Part shown: in pieces, positions 7,689 through 15,895 of the stretch
Numbering within the stretch: position 1 is the first letter of the stretch
Layout of the letters: every line of letters starts with the position of its first letter
Source of the DNA: a virus
Lineage: Duplodnaviria; Caudoviricetes
IMG/VR virus record: IMGVR_UViG_3300044266_000272
Location: 1 to 28,184 of that record
Strand: one strand, 5' to 3'
DNA: 28,184 nucleotides
Notes under the pieces: model-generated
Seen by the model: the letters and a program-made list of their open reading frames with translations, nothing else
Told to the model about the DNA's origin: nothing
The model's database searches: none
Made by a program: the position numbers and the translations under genes

Positions 7689-8509
7689 TCATCAGAAGCA
7701 TTGGCACCACACTTGGCACGTTTTGCTTGTGTAAGTTTACCAAAATCTACTGGCCATTCTTGACCAACTGGTAACTCTTTAGCACCAGGAGGGAAAGCAA
7801 ATTTAACTCCTGCTTCACCTTCAATTGTACCAGCACCTTTACGGAACTTAGTTAAATCATTACCAAGATTTGGGTATGGTGGTAAGTGTGGGAATTCCCA
7901 TGCAGCAACTTCATTCGTTGCATTATTAATTACAATCTTGTAGAAAGCGTGAGGTACAACTACACCGTTACCAATCTTCTTATCAGAAGCGTTGTATAAA
8001 CCTCCAACGTAAACTGTGTATGATTGGTTGCGTTGTACAGCCCAACCACGGACACTCGTTTCTAACAACTTCCAGATTCCACGATTCAACGAACCGGCTT
8101 GAGGACTCATGTTTGTCATCAAGAACGATTCGTACTCGACCTGGGGGTCCCATGATAAATCCCCATCTGGTGCCATGTGTCCTTTATCGTAACCTGTACC
8201 TGCGTAATCTTGTGGTGTTGCACCACCTGGTACTACTTGGTCAGCAGCAAAGGCATTTGTACGAGCAACACAACCTAAAGCATTTTGTGGGAGTAACTCA
8301 TATGTTACATAACGAGGTAACTTAGCGGCTGCATCATAACCAACAAAATAAGCCTGACGACAGATTGGTTGTGTTTGAGGATTAGCTGCTGGGAAACCAT
8401 ATGGTGCATGTACCATACATTGTGCTTGAGCAAAGTTTGGTCGCTGGGTCCAAGCATGTGTTGTTAAAGCCGTTAAGGCTAAAACGAATGATAGAATAAT
8501 CTTTTTCAT
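7685..8509 (-). CDS. DNA/RNA non-specific endonuclease (NucA/EndoG family) with signal peptide
   Basis: YDKGHMAP catalytic motif, SFLMTNMSPQ...LNRGIW..LE, VVVPHAFYKIV; N-terminal signal MKKIILSFVLALTALTTHA. Confidence 0.92.
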   Translation of the reverse strand: MKKIILSFVLALTALTTHAWTQRPNFAQAQCMVHAPYGFPAANPQTQPICRQAYFVGYDAAAKLPRYVTYELLPQNALGCVARTNAFAADQVVPGGATPQDYAGTGYDKGHMAPDGDLSWDPQVEYESFLMTNMSPQAGSLNRGIWKLLETSVRGWAVQRNQSYTVYVGGLYNASDKKIGNGVVVPHAFYKIVINNATNEVAAWEFPHLPPYPNLGNDLTKFRKGAGTIEGEAGVKFAFPPGAKELPVGQEWPVDFGKLTQAKRAKCGANASDD

Positions 8510-9180
8510 TTCTGTTCCTTATAATATTGAATCGCTTTTACGAGGCCAGGGATATGATCCTCGGTTTTTTGTTTAAATACTAACGGTTGTTCATCTTCTA
8601 CTGCCATGATGATAACTAGGTTATTTATAGGATTGCCAATCATTTCTTCATACATCAAAGCGTAAGCTGTTGTTTGCCAATAATAATCTTCGATATCCGC
8701 ACTGGTTTTAATGCGCTTGGAGGTCTTAAAATCGATTACCGACAACTCACCATCAAACTCACCAATACAGTCTACCCTACCCGCCATTCCTAACTGTTTG
8801 GACCACAAGGCACACTCTTGGTAATGTATATTATTGATACGATTCAGTAGTGGTTTTAATGATACAAACATTTCAAAAGCATCAGGTCGTATGCCTTCTT
8901 TTTGACTTAAATTTGTTTCATTATTAAGATAATATTCACAGAGAGAATGTACTCCTGTACCACGACTGGTTGCTTTCTTTGATACACGATTGGCTTCTTC
9001 TTCACCAACCCTCTTACGCCATTTCATGATGGCTTCTTTCTTCATGGCACCGAGAACAGTAGTAACAGAAGGCAACTTAGTGCCATCTTCTAATGTGTAA
9101 TATCGTTTACCATCAGGAAAAGTTTCAGATTGTAAGTCAGCAAGGACTTTTGGTGGGCAATAATTAAATTTTATATTCAT
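8506..9180 (-). CDS. PD-(D/E)XK exonuclease (T4-like phage exonuclease, Cas4/RecB-like fold)
   Basis: LPSVTTVL, WRKRVGEEEANR, RGT.VH..CE, AGRVDCIGEFDGELSVIDFKTS, Q..AYA.MYEE. Start placed at ATG 9180 rather than 9228. Confidence 0.88.
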   Translation of the reverse strand: MNIKFNYCPPKVLADLQSETFPDGKRYYTLEDGTKLPSVTTVLGAMKKEAIMKWRKRVGEEEANRVSKKATSRGTGVHSLCEYYLNNETNLSQKEGIRPDAFEMFVSLKPLLNRINNIHYQECALWSKQLGMAGRVDCIGEFDGELSVIDFKTSKRIKTSADIEDYYWQTTAYALMYEEMIGNPINNLVIIMAVEDEQPLVFKQKTEDHIPGLVKAIQYYKEQK

Positions 9181-9955
9181 GTTTAGGTTTCGTAACAAAT
9201 GTTTGGCGTACTGCCTCAAATTTTTCAAATTCTTCCGGAGTAATTACTGCTTCATCAATCTTCTTTCGTACTTCTTTATGAAATTCAATTAACTTATTAA
9301 TGTCTGCATCATAATGAAAATACTTCGTCAATTTCTTCGTATCATAAGCATCCATGATGATATGGTATCTGTCTTGGTCAGAATCATTACGAATCTGGTG
9401 CCAATCATTTACCCACACCATGTATATATTACCTGGTTCCATGTACAAATCTGTACCGTGCATAATGAATTTACATTTTGGATTTGTGATTAATGGAATA
9501 TGAATTCGTGCCATGTATTCATTATCATCAGCATCTTTATGTACCAATGACTTTGCTCCTGCCTTTAAACAAGAAACACGAGCACGACTAGGATAAAAAC
9601 CAAGGTCACGAATCTGATCCAATACATTGGCAATTTCACCTTTGTAACCTTGTGTTGGATTACAATGTTCAGTAGACATTGCGATATTGAAAAACTTTAG
9701 TGACTTGTAGTTATTATCATTCTTCGGAAAATAAACTTCCATGGCTTCACCTTCGTCATTCTGAAAGAAGTCCCATCCATCTTTCCAATCACCAGTTCTT
9801 GATAACAATGACCAACCACCAAAGCCATGATAGGCAGGTGTTTCATATTCTTCACCTTGAATGACTTGTCGACCCAATGGAAAAACATAGTTCTTCACAT
9901 TGTCAACCAATCTATCATAATCAAATTTGATAAAATCTAATTTTTCGTAAAACAT
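9164..9955 (-). CDS. Aspartyl/asparaginyl beta-hydroxylase-like Fe(II)/2OG oxygenase
   Basis: RARVS.L..G..SLVHKDAD...RIHIPLITNP...WHQIRN.S..DRYHII.D. Confidence 0.8.
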   Translation of the reverse strand: MFYEKLDFIKFDYDRLVDNVKNYVFPLGRQVIQGEEYETPAYHGFGGWSLLSRTGDWKDGWDFFQNDEGEAMEVYFPKNDNNYKSLKFFNIAMSTEHCNPTQGYKGEIANVLDQIRDLGFYPSRARVSCLKAGAKSLVHKDADDNEYMARIHIPLITNPKCKFIMHGTDLYMEPGNIYMVWVNDWHQIRNDSDQDRYHIIMDAYDTKKLTKYFHYDADINKLIEFHKEVRKKIDEAVITPEEFEKFEAVRQTFVTKPKHEYKI

Positions 9956-10488
9956 TATAATTGTCCTGCTGTAGTTAATATTTGTTTCACATCATCATAA
10001 CACAAAGTGGATGACATGGCAATAGCCAATCTCTCTTTAAAGTTACCACCTGGTTTTACCGAATGTGGTACAGTAACATCAAGTAACCATGCTTCACCTG
10101 GTTCGGCCATAAATGAGGTGGTGCGTCTCAAATCATCTTCATCATATATGAACCCATCTGATTGGTTCTTCACCTGTTTCGTCTTTGGTTTGTCGGTGGT
10201 TAATTTATAAAACTGAGTGACACAATTGCCAGTTTCAATATAAAAATTAATGGTTGATTTAATACCACTATCTGTATGTGGTGGTATTTCGGTATTGACC
10301 TTCATAATGGTAATAGAAAAGTCTTTATGATATTTCTTTGGTATCAATGACATCAACTCATCTTTTTTAGGTAGGTCTACATGATAGTAACCAATACCTT
10401 TACCTTTTTCACCAAAAAACATTTGTTCTTTTTGTATTGTGTATTTACCTACATCAAAATTATTTTTTAGTTTTGTGAACATTTCCAC
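9955..10488 (-). CDS. Cupin/Fe(II)-2OG oxygenase-like protein
   Basis: IPPHTD (HxD), INFYI, AWLLDVTVPHSV, ER.AI.MS. Confidence 0.65.
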   Translation of the reverse strand: MEMFTKLKNNFDVGKYTIQKEQMFFGEKGKGIGYYHVDLPKKDELMSLIPKKYHKDFSITIMKVNTEIPPHTDSGIKSTINFYIETGNCVTQFYKLTTDKPKTKQVKNQSDGFIYDEDDLRRTTSFMAEPGEAWLLDVTVPHSVKPGGNFKERLAIAMSSTLCYDDVKQILTTAGQL

Positions 10489-11084
10489 TCCCGTATTTTA
10501 ACAAAACTATTGACCCAAGATTTTAATGTAACTGCATTAGGTGTATTAGGATCAACTACATGACGTAAATCGGTAGATAATGATATTCTTAAATCATCCG
10601 ATTGATTTGGTAATACTTCGTGCATGATATATGAAGGAAAGAATGCTAAGTAACCCGATTCTGGTTTATATTTCTTGTTCATATCATTAAATAATAAATC
10701 TCCACAATTCTTCGGAGTTTTTATGTAGTATGTAGCCGTAACTGTTGAATCTGAATGAGCATGAACATCAATACCACGACCAGGTTCTAATACATTCACC
10801 CAACCAAAATCATATTCAAATACAATATCGAGACCTTCCGATTCTCTGGCCTTTTCTACATATGCCATACAATTGGTGGTTACAGTATCAAAAATTACTT
10901 GTTTTAGTTTTTGTATATGTGGCAAATCATAATCCCATAAATCGTGTTTGGGTTCTTCTTTACCTGTTTGAATATTTTTACCTATTGAATATATTTCATC
11001 CAATAGGGCTTCGTTGAAATTGGAATCTAATCCAGTATTGATGTACCATGTTGGTGAATCCCACCACGGATTTTTATTACTCAT
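10467..11084 (-). CDS. Fe(II)/2OG oxygenase (TIGR02466-like)
   Basis: WVNV..PG...VHAH, TYYIKTPKNCGDLLF, G.LAFFPSYIMHEV.PN.SDDLRISLS. Confidence 0.85.
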   Translation of the reverse strand: MSNKNPWWDSPTWYINTGLDSNFNEALLDEIYSIGKNIQTGKEEPKHDLWDYDLPHIQKLKQVIFDTVTTNCMAYVEKARESEGLDIVFEYDFGWVNVLEPGRGIDVHAHSDSTVTATYYIKTPKNCGDLLFNDMNKKYKPESGYLAFFPSYIMHEVLPNQSDDLRISLSTDLRHVVDPNTPNAVTLKSWVNSFVKIREWKCSQN

Positions 11085-11099
11085 AATATAATTGGAAGA

Positions 11100-11411
11100 T
11101 TATTTGTTTGTCTTCCAGTCCTCATATTCTTTGATGATTTCACATTTATGATTCCAATCAATACCTTCATGTGGATTAGCATTTGCAGCTTCCCACAACT
11201 TACCCAAGATATGTTCAATAATTGGAATACCAGGATGAAAAATCTTTTCAAACAAATCTGCATAATCGGTCATCATTTGAAAGAATCGTGATTTATCTTC
11301 TGGTGAAAGATTGAGAATGTCTGCACCCATTTGTGTATCGAAATAATACTTTACATGGTCACGATATAATTCTTCGTCACCTTCTTTAACTTGAAAAATT
11401 GTATCAGGCAT
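11100..11411 (-). CDS. Hypothetical acidic protein within the radical SAM cluster
   Basis: 103-aa ORF overlapping the upstream gene's end. Confidence 0.7.
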   Translation of the reverse strand: MPDTIFQVKEGDEELYRDHVKYYFDTQMGADILNLSPEDKSRFFQMMTDYADLFEKIFHPGIPIIEHILGKLWEAANANPHEGIDWNHKCEIIKEYEDWKTNK

Positions 11412-12351
11412 TTTGTAATTTACCTCTAGAAATGTTTAATTTTTGTTTTACATTAACAATCGTCAATGCTGTGTAGTAACTAAAATATAAGAAGAACCAA
11501 ATTGTATATACTGTTGGTAAACCATGTTTACGTTTTGATTTAGCAATTCTTGGAATCATATCAACAACACGGCAGATTGGTCGACCAATGTTCATTAGAA
11601 TACGACCCATAAAGTTATCACGTTCAACAGCACCCATTAGATATGCCATGTGTTGTGACCATGGTTGACCAATCTTATTGGCCATATCAATCATTGCTTT
11701 TTGTTGTGCCTTCTGACGTTCTTCTTTATTCTTAATCCATATCATGAAATCAGGACCTTGGCCTTCCATCCATGCCGTAACAATACGAGCCCAACGAATG
11801 TAACCACGATATACTGATTTATCGGTTTTGCGTAACATATGACCATATGCTTGGTCAGCAGCCCATACATTGTGGCTCATCATACCAAGGTCAAACAATT
11901 TAGCACAAACAATCTTAGAGCAGTTGCAAGCACAGTTACAGTTATATGATACTGAACCAACAGTACAATTATAGGTTAAACCGGCAGAAGCACAGTTTGT
12001 CTGTAACCATTTTTGTGAATCACAATTGGTGCAATTTACTGTACCTGAAATATAACAGTTGGTGCAATTTATGTTACCACAGTTACAGTTAGAAGTACAA
12101 TTACCGTTATTACAGTTACCATACTGGTTCGCCTGATAATAGGCCAAACTGTAAAATTGTGTCAATGCAAATGGTGCACTTGGTCTTTGACTGGTTACGG
12201 CAACACCTGTACCACCTGTACCTGAACCAGCAGATTGACCTGGTGTAATTAGTCCATTTAGAAAATTTAAATCGGAAGAATAGGTTGGAGTACCATAAAC
12301 TTCTTGGTTTATATCAGAAATTCCAATTTGTCCAGATGATGTGATGGTCAT
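11404..12351 (-). CDS. Asn-Cys repeat protein, probably virion-associated; candidate radical SAM substrate
   Basis: N-terminus SSGQIGISDINQE resembles phage fibre/adhesin starts; residues 79-144 hold 14 Cys, 13 of them as NC; C-terminal KIVC...GYIRWA domain and hydrophobic helix; late promoter upstream. Confidence 0.7.
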   Translation of the reverse strand: MTITSSGQIGISDINQEVYGTPTYSSDLNFLNGLITPGQSAGSGTGGTGVAVTSQRPSAPFALTQFYSLAYYQANQYGNCNNGNCTSNCNCGNINCTNCYISGTVNCTNCDSQKWLQTNCASAGLTYNCTVGSVSYNCNCACNCSKIVCAKLFDLGMMSHNVWAADQAYGHMLRKTDKSVYRGYIRWARIVTAWMEGQGPDFMIWIKNKEERQKAQQKAMIDMANKIGQPWSQHMAYLMGAVERDNFMGRILMNIGRPICRVVDMIPRIAKSKRKHGLPTVYTIWFFLYFSYYTALTIVNVKQKLNISRGKLQNA

Positions 12352-12360
12352 ATTTTACTC

Positions 12361-13830
12361 TTAATTAACTATTTCAGTATTTATATCATCAGCCAATCTA
12401 GATTTACCATACACCTCCACACCTTCAATTTCACCAATTTTTTCACTAACCACCTTGATTGGAATGATTTTTTTCGTTGGTTTCTCTTTATGTTCAAAGA
12501 TTGTACCAAAGATGTCTTGGCGTTCCAATGGTAAATCATCATTCTTAATGAGTGTTGGAATGTAACCTGTCATTCTTGCAATCGATACGGCAAATAGAGC
12601 CACGTTATCTGAATATGAGTTGGCACAAGAGATATCCCAAAACTTCTTATCCAAGAACATACAGGCACCTTTACATAAGTGAAGTACGGGACAAGAACCA
12701 CATTCTTTACGGTTTGACCAATGAGTTGATGTTTTGATTGCAACATTTTCCATGTCAGTCATATGACCACCGAGGTGAGATTCACCATTCTTGGAGATTT
12801 CTAATGAACTTACATTTTGACAGGTCATTACATTACCTCTCAAGTCTACCGCCAAGGTGTGTTCATCATCCATGCCACACTTCTGACCTAAGTATTTTGA
12901 ATTTGCATGAGATAATACTGCTTGAGTGAACCCATCAATCTTTTGTAATTGGCCAATAAAACCAATTTGCCCATTTGTTGTGTAAATATCAGAGAATGCT
13001 GTTCTGCGATATTCAAAATGTTCTTGTAATGTTTGTAATGAGTTGGTAATACCTTCTTCATCATAGGCATCTACAATACCACCTTCACCTAAAATTACTT
13101 TAGGATCACCAGTCATATTAACAAACCATTCATAGATTTCTTTGCGTGATTTGTTTTTACTGTTCATCATTGGGTTGAATGAGATACCTTTCTTCAACCT
13201 ACTCATCATACGATAGAAACCAAGAATAATCTTTTTCTTTTCTGGATCATCAAAAGGATCAGGACCACGAACAGATTGTCCAGGTCCGTCATGTGAGATT
13301 GATACGGAGAAATTATACTTCATCAACCAATCACAAATTTCATCCGTGAGAATAGAACCATTAGTAATCATGGAGAACTGAGGCAAAGTTTTCCAATGTT
13401 CAAATCTATCAACAATGGCTTCTGTCAATGGTTTTAAAGTTTTCCAATAAACGAGAGGTTCACCACCCCACATTTCAATCTTCAAACCTCTTTGTTCGTT
13501 AAACTCCAACTTATCAAACATTTCCAAGAATGCATCGATATCTTTTTTGGATGTTTCTGCGGCTCTCTCAACAAACTTCTGTGAACAATAATCGCAAGAG
13601 TAGTTACAACTCAAACCTAATTGAATTTTTAAAAGATGTACTTCGTTGGATTTTTTTAGGGGCCGGTCCTTGTCAAAAGACTTGTACTCGGTTAGTTGAT
13701 GGTCGTGCTGTGAACCAGGAGGAAATTCATAAATGATACCATCTTCACTTTTTAGTATGTTGGTTTCATTGTCATAATAAAAGATTTTCTTGTCATTGGC
13801 ATTTTTCTCGCCGTGAATTTCAAATAACAT
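12361..13830 (-). CDS. Radical SAM/SPASM domain protein (peptide or protein maturase type)
   Basis: CNYSCDYC (CxxxCxxC), WGGEPL, ITNGSIL, SISHDGP; SPASM cysteines KCG...GNVMTC...CGSC.....CKGAC...C. Confidence 0.92.
   Translation of the reverse strand: MLFEIHGEKNANDKKIFYYDNETNILKSEDGIIYEFPPGSQHDHQLTEYKSFDKDRPLKKSNEVHLLKIQLGLSCNYSCDYCSQKFVERAAETSKKDIDAFLEMFDKLEFNEQRGLKIEMWGGEPLVYWKTLKPLTEAIVDRFEHWKTLPQFSMITNGSILTDEICDWLMKYNFSVSISHDGPGQSVRGPDPFDDPEKKKIILGFYRMMSRLKKGISFNPMMNSKNKSRKEIYEWFVNMTGDPKVILGEGGIVDAYDEEGITNSLQTLQEHFEYRRTAFSDIYTTNGQIGFIGQLQKIDGFTQAVLSHANSKYLGQKCGMDDEHTLAVDLRGNVMTCQNVSSLEISKNGESHLGGHMTDMENVAIKTSTHWSNRKECGSCPVLHLCKGACMFLDKKFWDISCANSYSDNVALFAVSIARMTGYIPTLIKNDDLPLERQDIFGTIFEHKEKPTKKIIPIKVVSEKIGEIEGVEVYGKSRLADDINTEIVN
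12378..12385 (-). promoter_or_regulatory. T4-type late promoter for the Asn-Cys repeat gene
   Basis: Exact TATAAATA 26 nt upstream of ATG 12351, inside the last codons of the radical SAM gene. Confidence 0.75.
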
Positions 13831-13969
13831 TATGTGCCCTGTATTGTCTTACTTGTTCTAGTTCTCGTTGTTGTTTAACATATTCAATCAGTTCTTCCCT
13901 GATTCTTGCCTTGTTCTGATATTCGTAATATAGCCGCTGTTGTTTTGACATCATTCTTTTTTTGCTCAT
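13820..13969 (-). CDS. Small basic hypothetical protein, 49 aa (MSKKRMMSKQQRLYYEYQ...)
   Basis: Manual translation; strong SD AGAGGAG; stop overlaps the radical SAM start. Confidence 0.6.
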   Translation of the reverse strand: MSKKRMMSKQQRLYYEYQNKARIREELIEYVKQQRELEQVRQYRAHNVI

Positions 13970-14080
13970 TAAAACTCCTCTTGTTATTATCATTTTTTAA
14001 TCGAGAAGTTTTTACTACAGGTTGAATCTTATCATTAAGACCTCCTTTGTAGATTAATATTGCAGGAGTTTGAGAATTGA

Positions 14081-14365
14081 TTACCATTCTCTTTGCATTT
14101 TGGTTTTATGACCGGCTTTTATAGTGTTGTTTGGTACACTTTCTTTAATACGATTAATAACATATTTCTCAAAGGTTGAATCTGCCTTACCAATGCCTGG
14201 AACCGACATACGAGAACCATCAGAATAAACTGGAAAGTCCTCTGCAAAGATATGTTGTTCTAGGTGTGGATTGTCGACCTTGAATTGGTCCAATACCGTA
14301 TAGGACATACGGTGTTCTTCACGTTCATTAGTTTCTTTATTAATAAATGTATAAGTTGGCATCAA
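14081..14365 (-). CDS. FmdB-like small regulatory protein, T4-like phage type without zinc cysteines
   Basis: MPTYTFINKETNE...MSY..LD.F...NPHLEQ pattern. Confidence 0.7.
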   Translation of the reverse strand: MMPTYTFINKETNEREEHRMSYTVLDQFKVDNPHLEQHIFAEDFPVYSDGSRMSVPGIGKADSTFEKYVINRIKESVPNNTIKAGHKTKMQREW

Positions 14366-14952
14366 GCGTATCCATAAGAGAGTTTTTCACATGCCTTTTG
14401 CAACCAGTTAGGCATTTCTCTACTATTTATCTTACCTGACCATGACCACATACGGCCTTTTTCCATAAGGTAATAGTTACGATAAGACTGAATAGAATCA
14501 CCAGGAACTCTACAATGGTCTGGCATGGCAGGAGTGGGTTGTGTGAAACTGGTTGCCTTTGGAAGGTTTTTTGGTAGATTATACCACAATGCTTTGACTA
14601 GACCATCAGATTCACACTTATGGACTTTACCATAACGATAGGTGTATTCTTTACACAACTCAACCAATAAATTACCTAACCAAATATAGTTCGAATCAGA
14701 TTGACGACACCAGACTGCAGAGGGATGATTGATATGAGTAGCAGAATAAAGCATAGATTCACGGTCATCAGGAAGAACATATCGAGTTTGTTTTCGACCA
14801 GTTTTACTGAGGCCAATAGATTGAGCACCGTCAAGAATCCGATGAGCAGTAGAAAGTAGTTGGCAATATTCAAGGATCATTTTTACCACATGTTTATCCA
14901 CATGGTACTCCGCACATAATTTAGGGTTACTGTCAAGATAAAAGATATTCAT
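14362..14952 (-). CDS. Pyrimidine-dimer DNA glycosylase / endonuclease V-like family protein
   Basis: MNIFYLD..P..CAEYH.DKHVVKMILEYCQLLSTAH, THINHPSAVW.R.S..NY.WL, EYTYRYGKVH, AMPD, YRNYY. Confidence 0.8.
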   Translation of the reverse strand: MNIFYLDSNPKLCAEYHVDKHVVKMILEYCQLLSTAHRILDGAQSIGLSKTGRKQTRYVLPDDRESMLYSATHINHPSAVWCRQSDSNYIWLGNLLVELCKEYTYRYGKVHKCESDGLVKALWYNLPKNLPKATSFTQPTPAMPDHCRVPGDSIQSYRNYYLMEKGRMWSWSGKINSREMPNWLQKACEKLSYGYA

Positions 14953-15197
14953 TTTTTCACTTTATTAATAATCGCAGTAGATGTTTTTTCATCTATTTTC
15001 ATAAAACCTTCACAAGCAATATTCCAATCATCACCGCCTTGGCCATCACCAGTCACTTCTGAATAAGATGGTACATTAATTTTAACATTCTTAAAAATGT
15101 ATTCATCATTATTTTCAAATACACGCCACACATGGTCTAAACTACCACGACCTGGTTGACCTCTTGATTTATTGAATCTGATATGATATTTGTTCAT
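14949..15197 (-). CDS. Conserved hypothetical phage protein
   Basis: 82-aa ORF with 4-nt overlaps on both sides. Confidence 0.7.
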   Translation of the reverse strand: MNKYHIRFNKSRGQPGRGSLDHVWRVFENNDEYIFKNVKINVPSYSEVTGDGQGGDDWNIACEGFMKIDEKTSTAIINKVKK

Positions 15198-15841
15198 GCT
15201 GTAGTTACTGTTAAATTAAAATGAATTAATTTCAATGGTTGTTTTGTTGGGTTTCTTTGAATAGTGTGAGGCAACCATGAATTAGTAAAGATAAACATTC
15301 CAGGTTCTGGTGTATAGTTAATCATATTACTTGCAAGGGTTGCTTGTGTATTATCCGTTTCAGGTAATGTAGCATAGACCTTAGCCGACTTAGGATCGTG
15401 AAAGACAATCTTTGGTCCGTCTTTTGGTACATCAAGGAAATAAAATCCTGAAATTTGATTATTACTGTGCATGTGTTCTTCATGACCAGAACTAGGTTGG
15501 TGTTCTTGTGCCCACATTTCAGTAAAGACCATTTTTAAATTGGTCATTTCATAACCTTGTGATGCCAAGATTTGGTGTGATGCACCAGCAATAAAATCAG
15601 TAAATGGTTGTATTTTTGGATCAGCAAACATATTATCGCTTTGCACGACAGGATATGTTTTATCTAATTTATTTTTCTTTCTTGCGTCATCTAGATATGT
15701 TTTGGCCGATTTCCTCATCATATCAAGATGTTGAGGTGCCATTACATTATAGATGCCACAAGCAAAATAAAATGCAGGTTGTATTACTACTTGGTGTGGA
15801 CTACCGATTGTGGTTGCAGATTCGCCGATTACTTTTGCCAT
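15194..15841 (-). CDS. Fe(II)/2OG oxygenase (TIGR02466-like)
   Basis: EMWAQ.H...GHEEHMH, ISGFYFL, VFHDP, PEPG.FIF.NSWLPH, IHFN. Confidence 0.85.
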   Translation of the reverse strand: MAKVIGESATTIGSPHQVVIQPAFYFACGIYNVMAPQHLDMMRKSAKTYLDDARKKNKLDKTYPVVQSDNMFADPKIQPFTDFIAGASHQILASQGYEMTNLKMVFTEMWAQEHQPSSGHEEHMHSNNQISGFYFLDVPKDGPKIVFHDPKSAKVYATLPETDNTQATLASNMINYTPEPGMFIFTNSWLPHTIQRNPTKQPLKLIHFNLTVTTA

Positions 15842-15866
15842 TATATTCCCATTTCATTAATAACAT

Positions 15867-15895
15867 ATTATAACATTATGTAGTTTGGTTGTCAA
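15867..15895 (-). promoter_or_regulatory. Consensus sigma70 promoter
   Basis: TTGACA-17 nt-TATAAT with extended -10 TG. Confidence 0.85.

Noticed and set aside
7392-7763. 123-aa + strand ORF
   Set aside because: Antisense shadow of the tmRNA and its promoter.
8506-9180. Cas4-like nuclease as a sign of CRISPR
   Set aside because: No repeat-spacer array or other cas genes seen; this exonuclease is common in T4-like phages.
13884-14087. 67-aa ORF from the track
   Set aside because: No clear SD; the alternative frame 13969-13820 has a strong SD and couples to the rSAM start.
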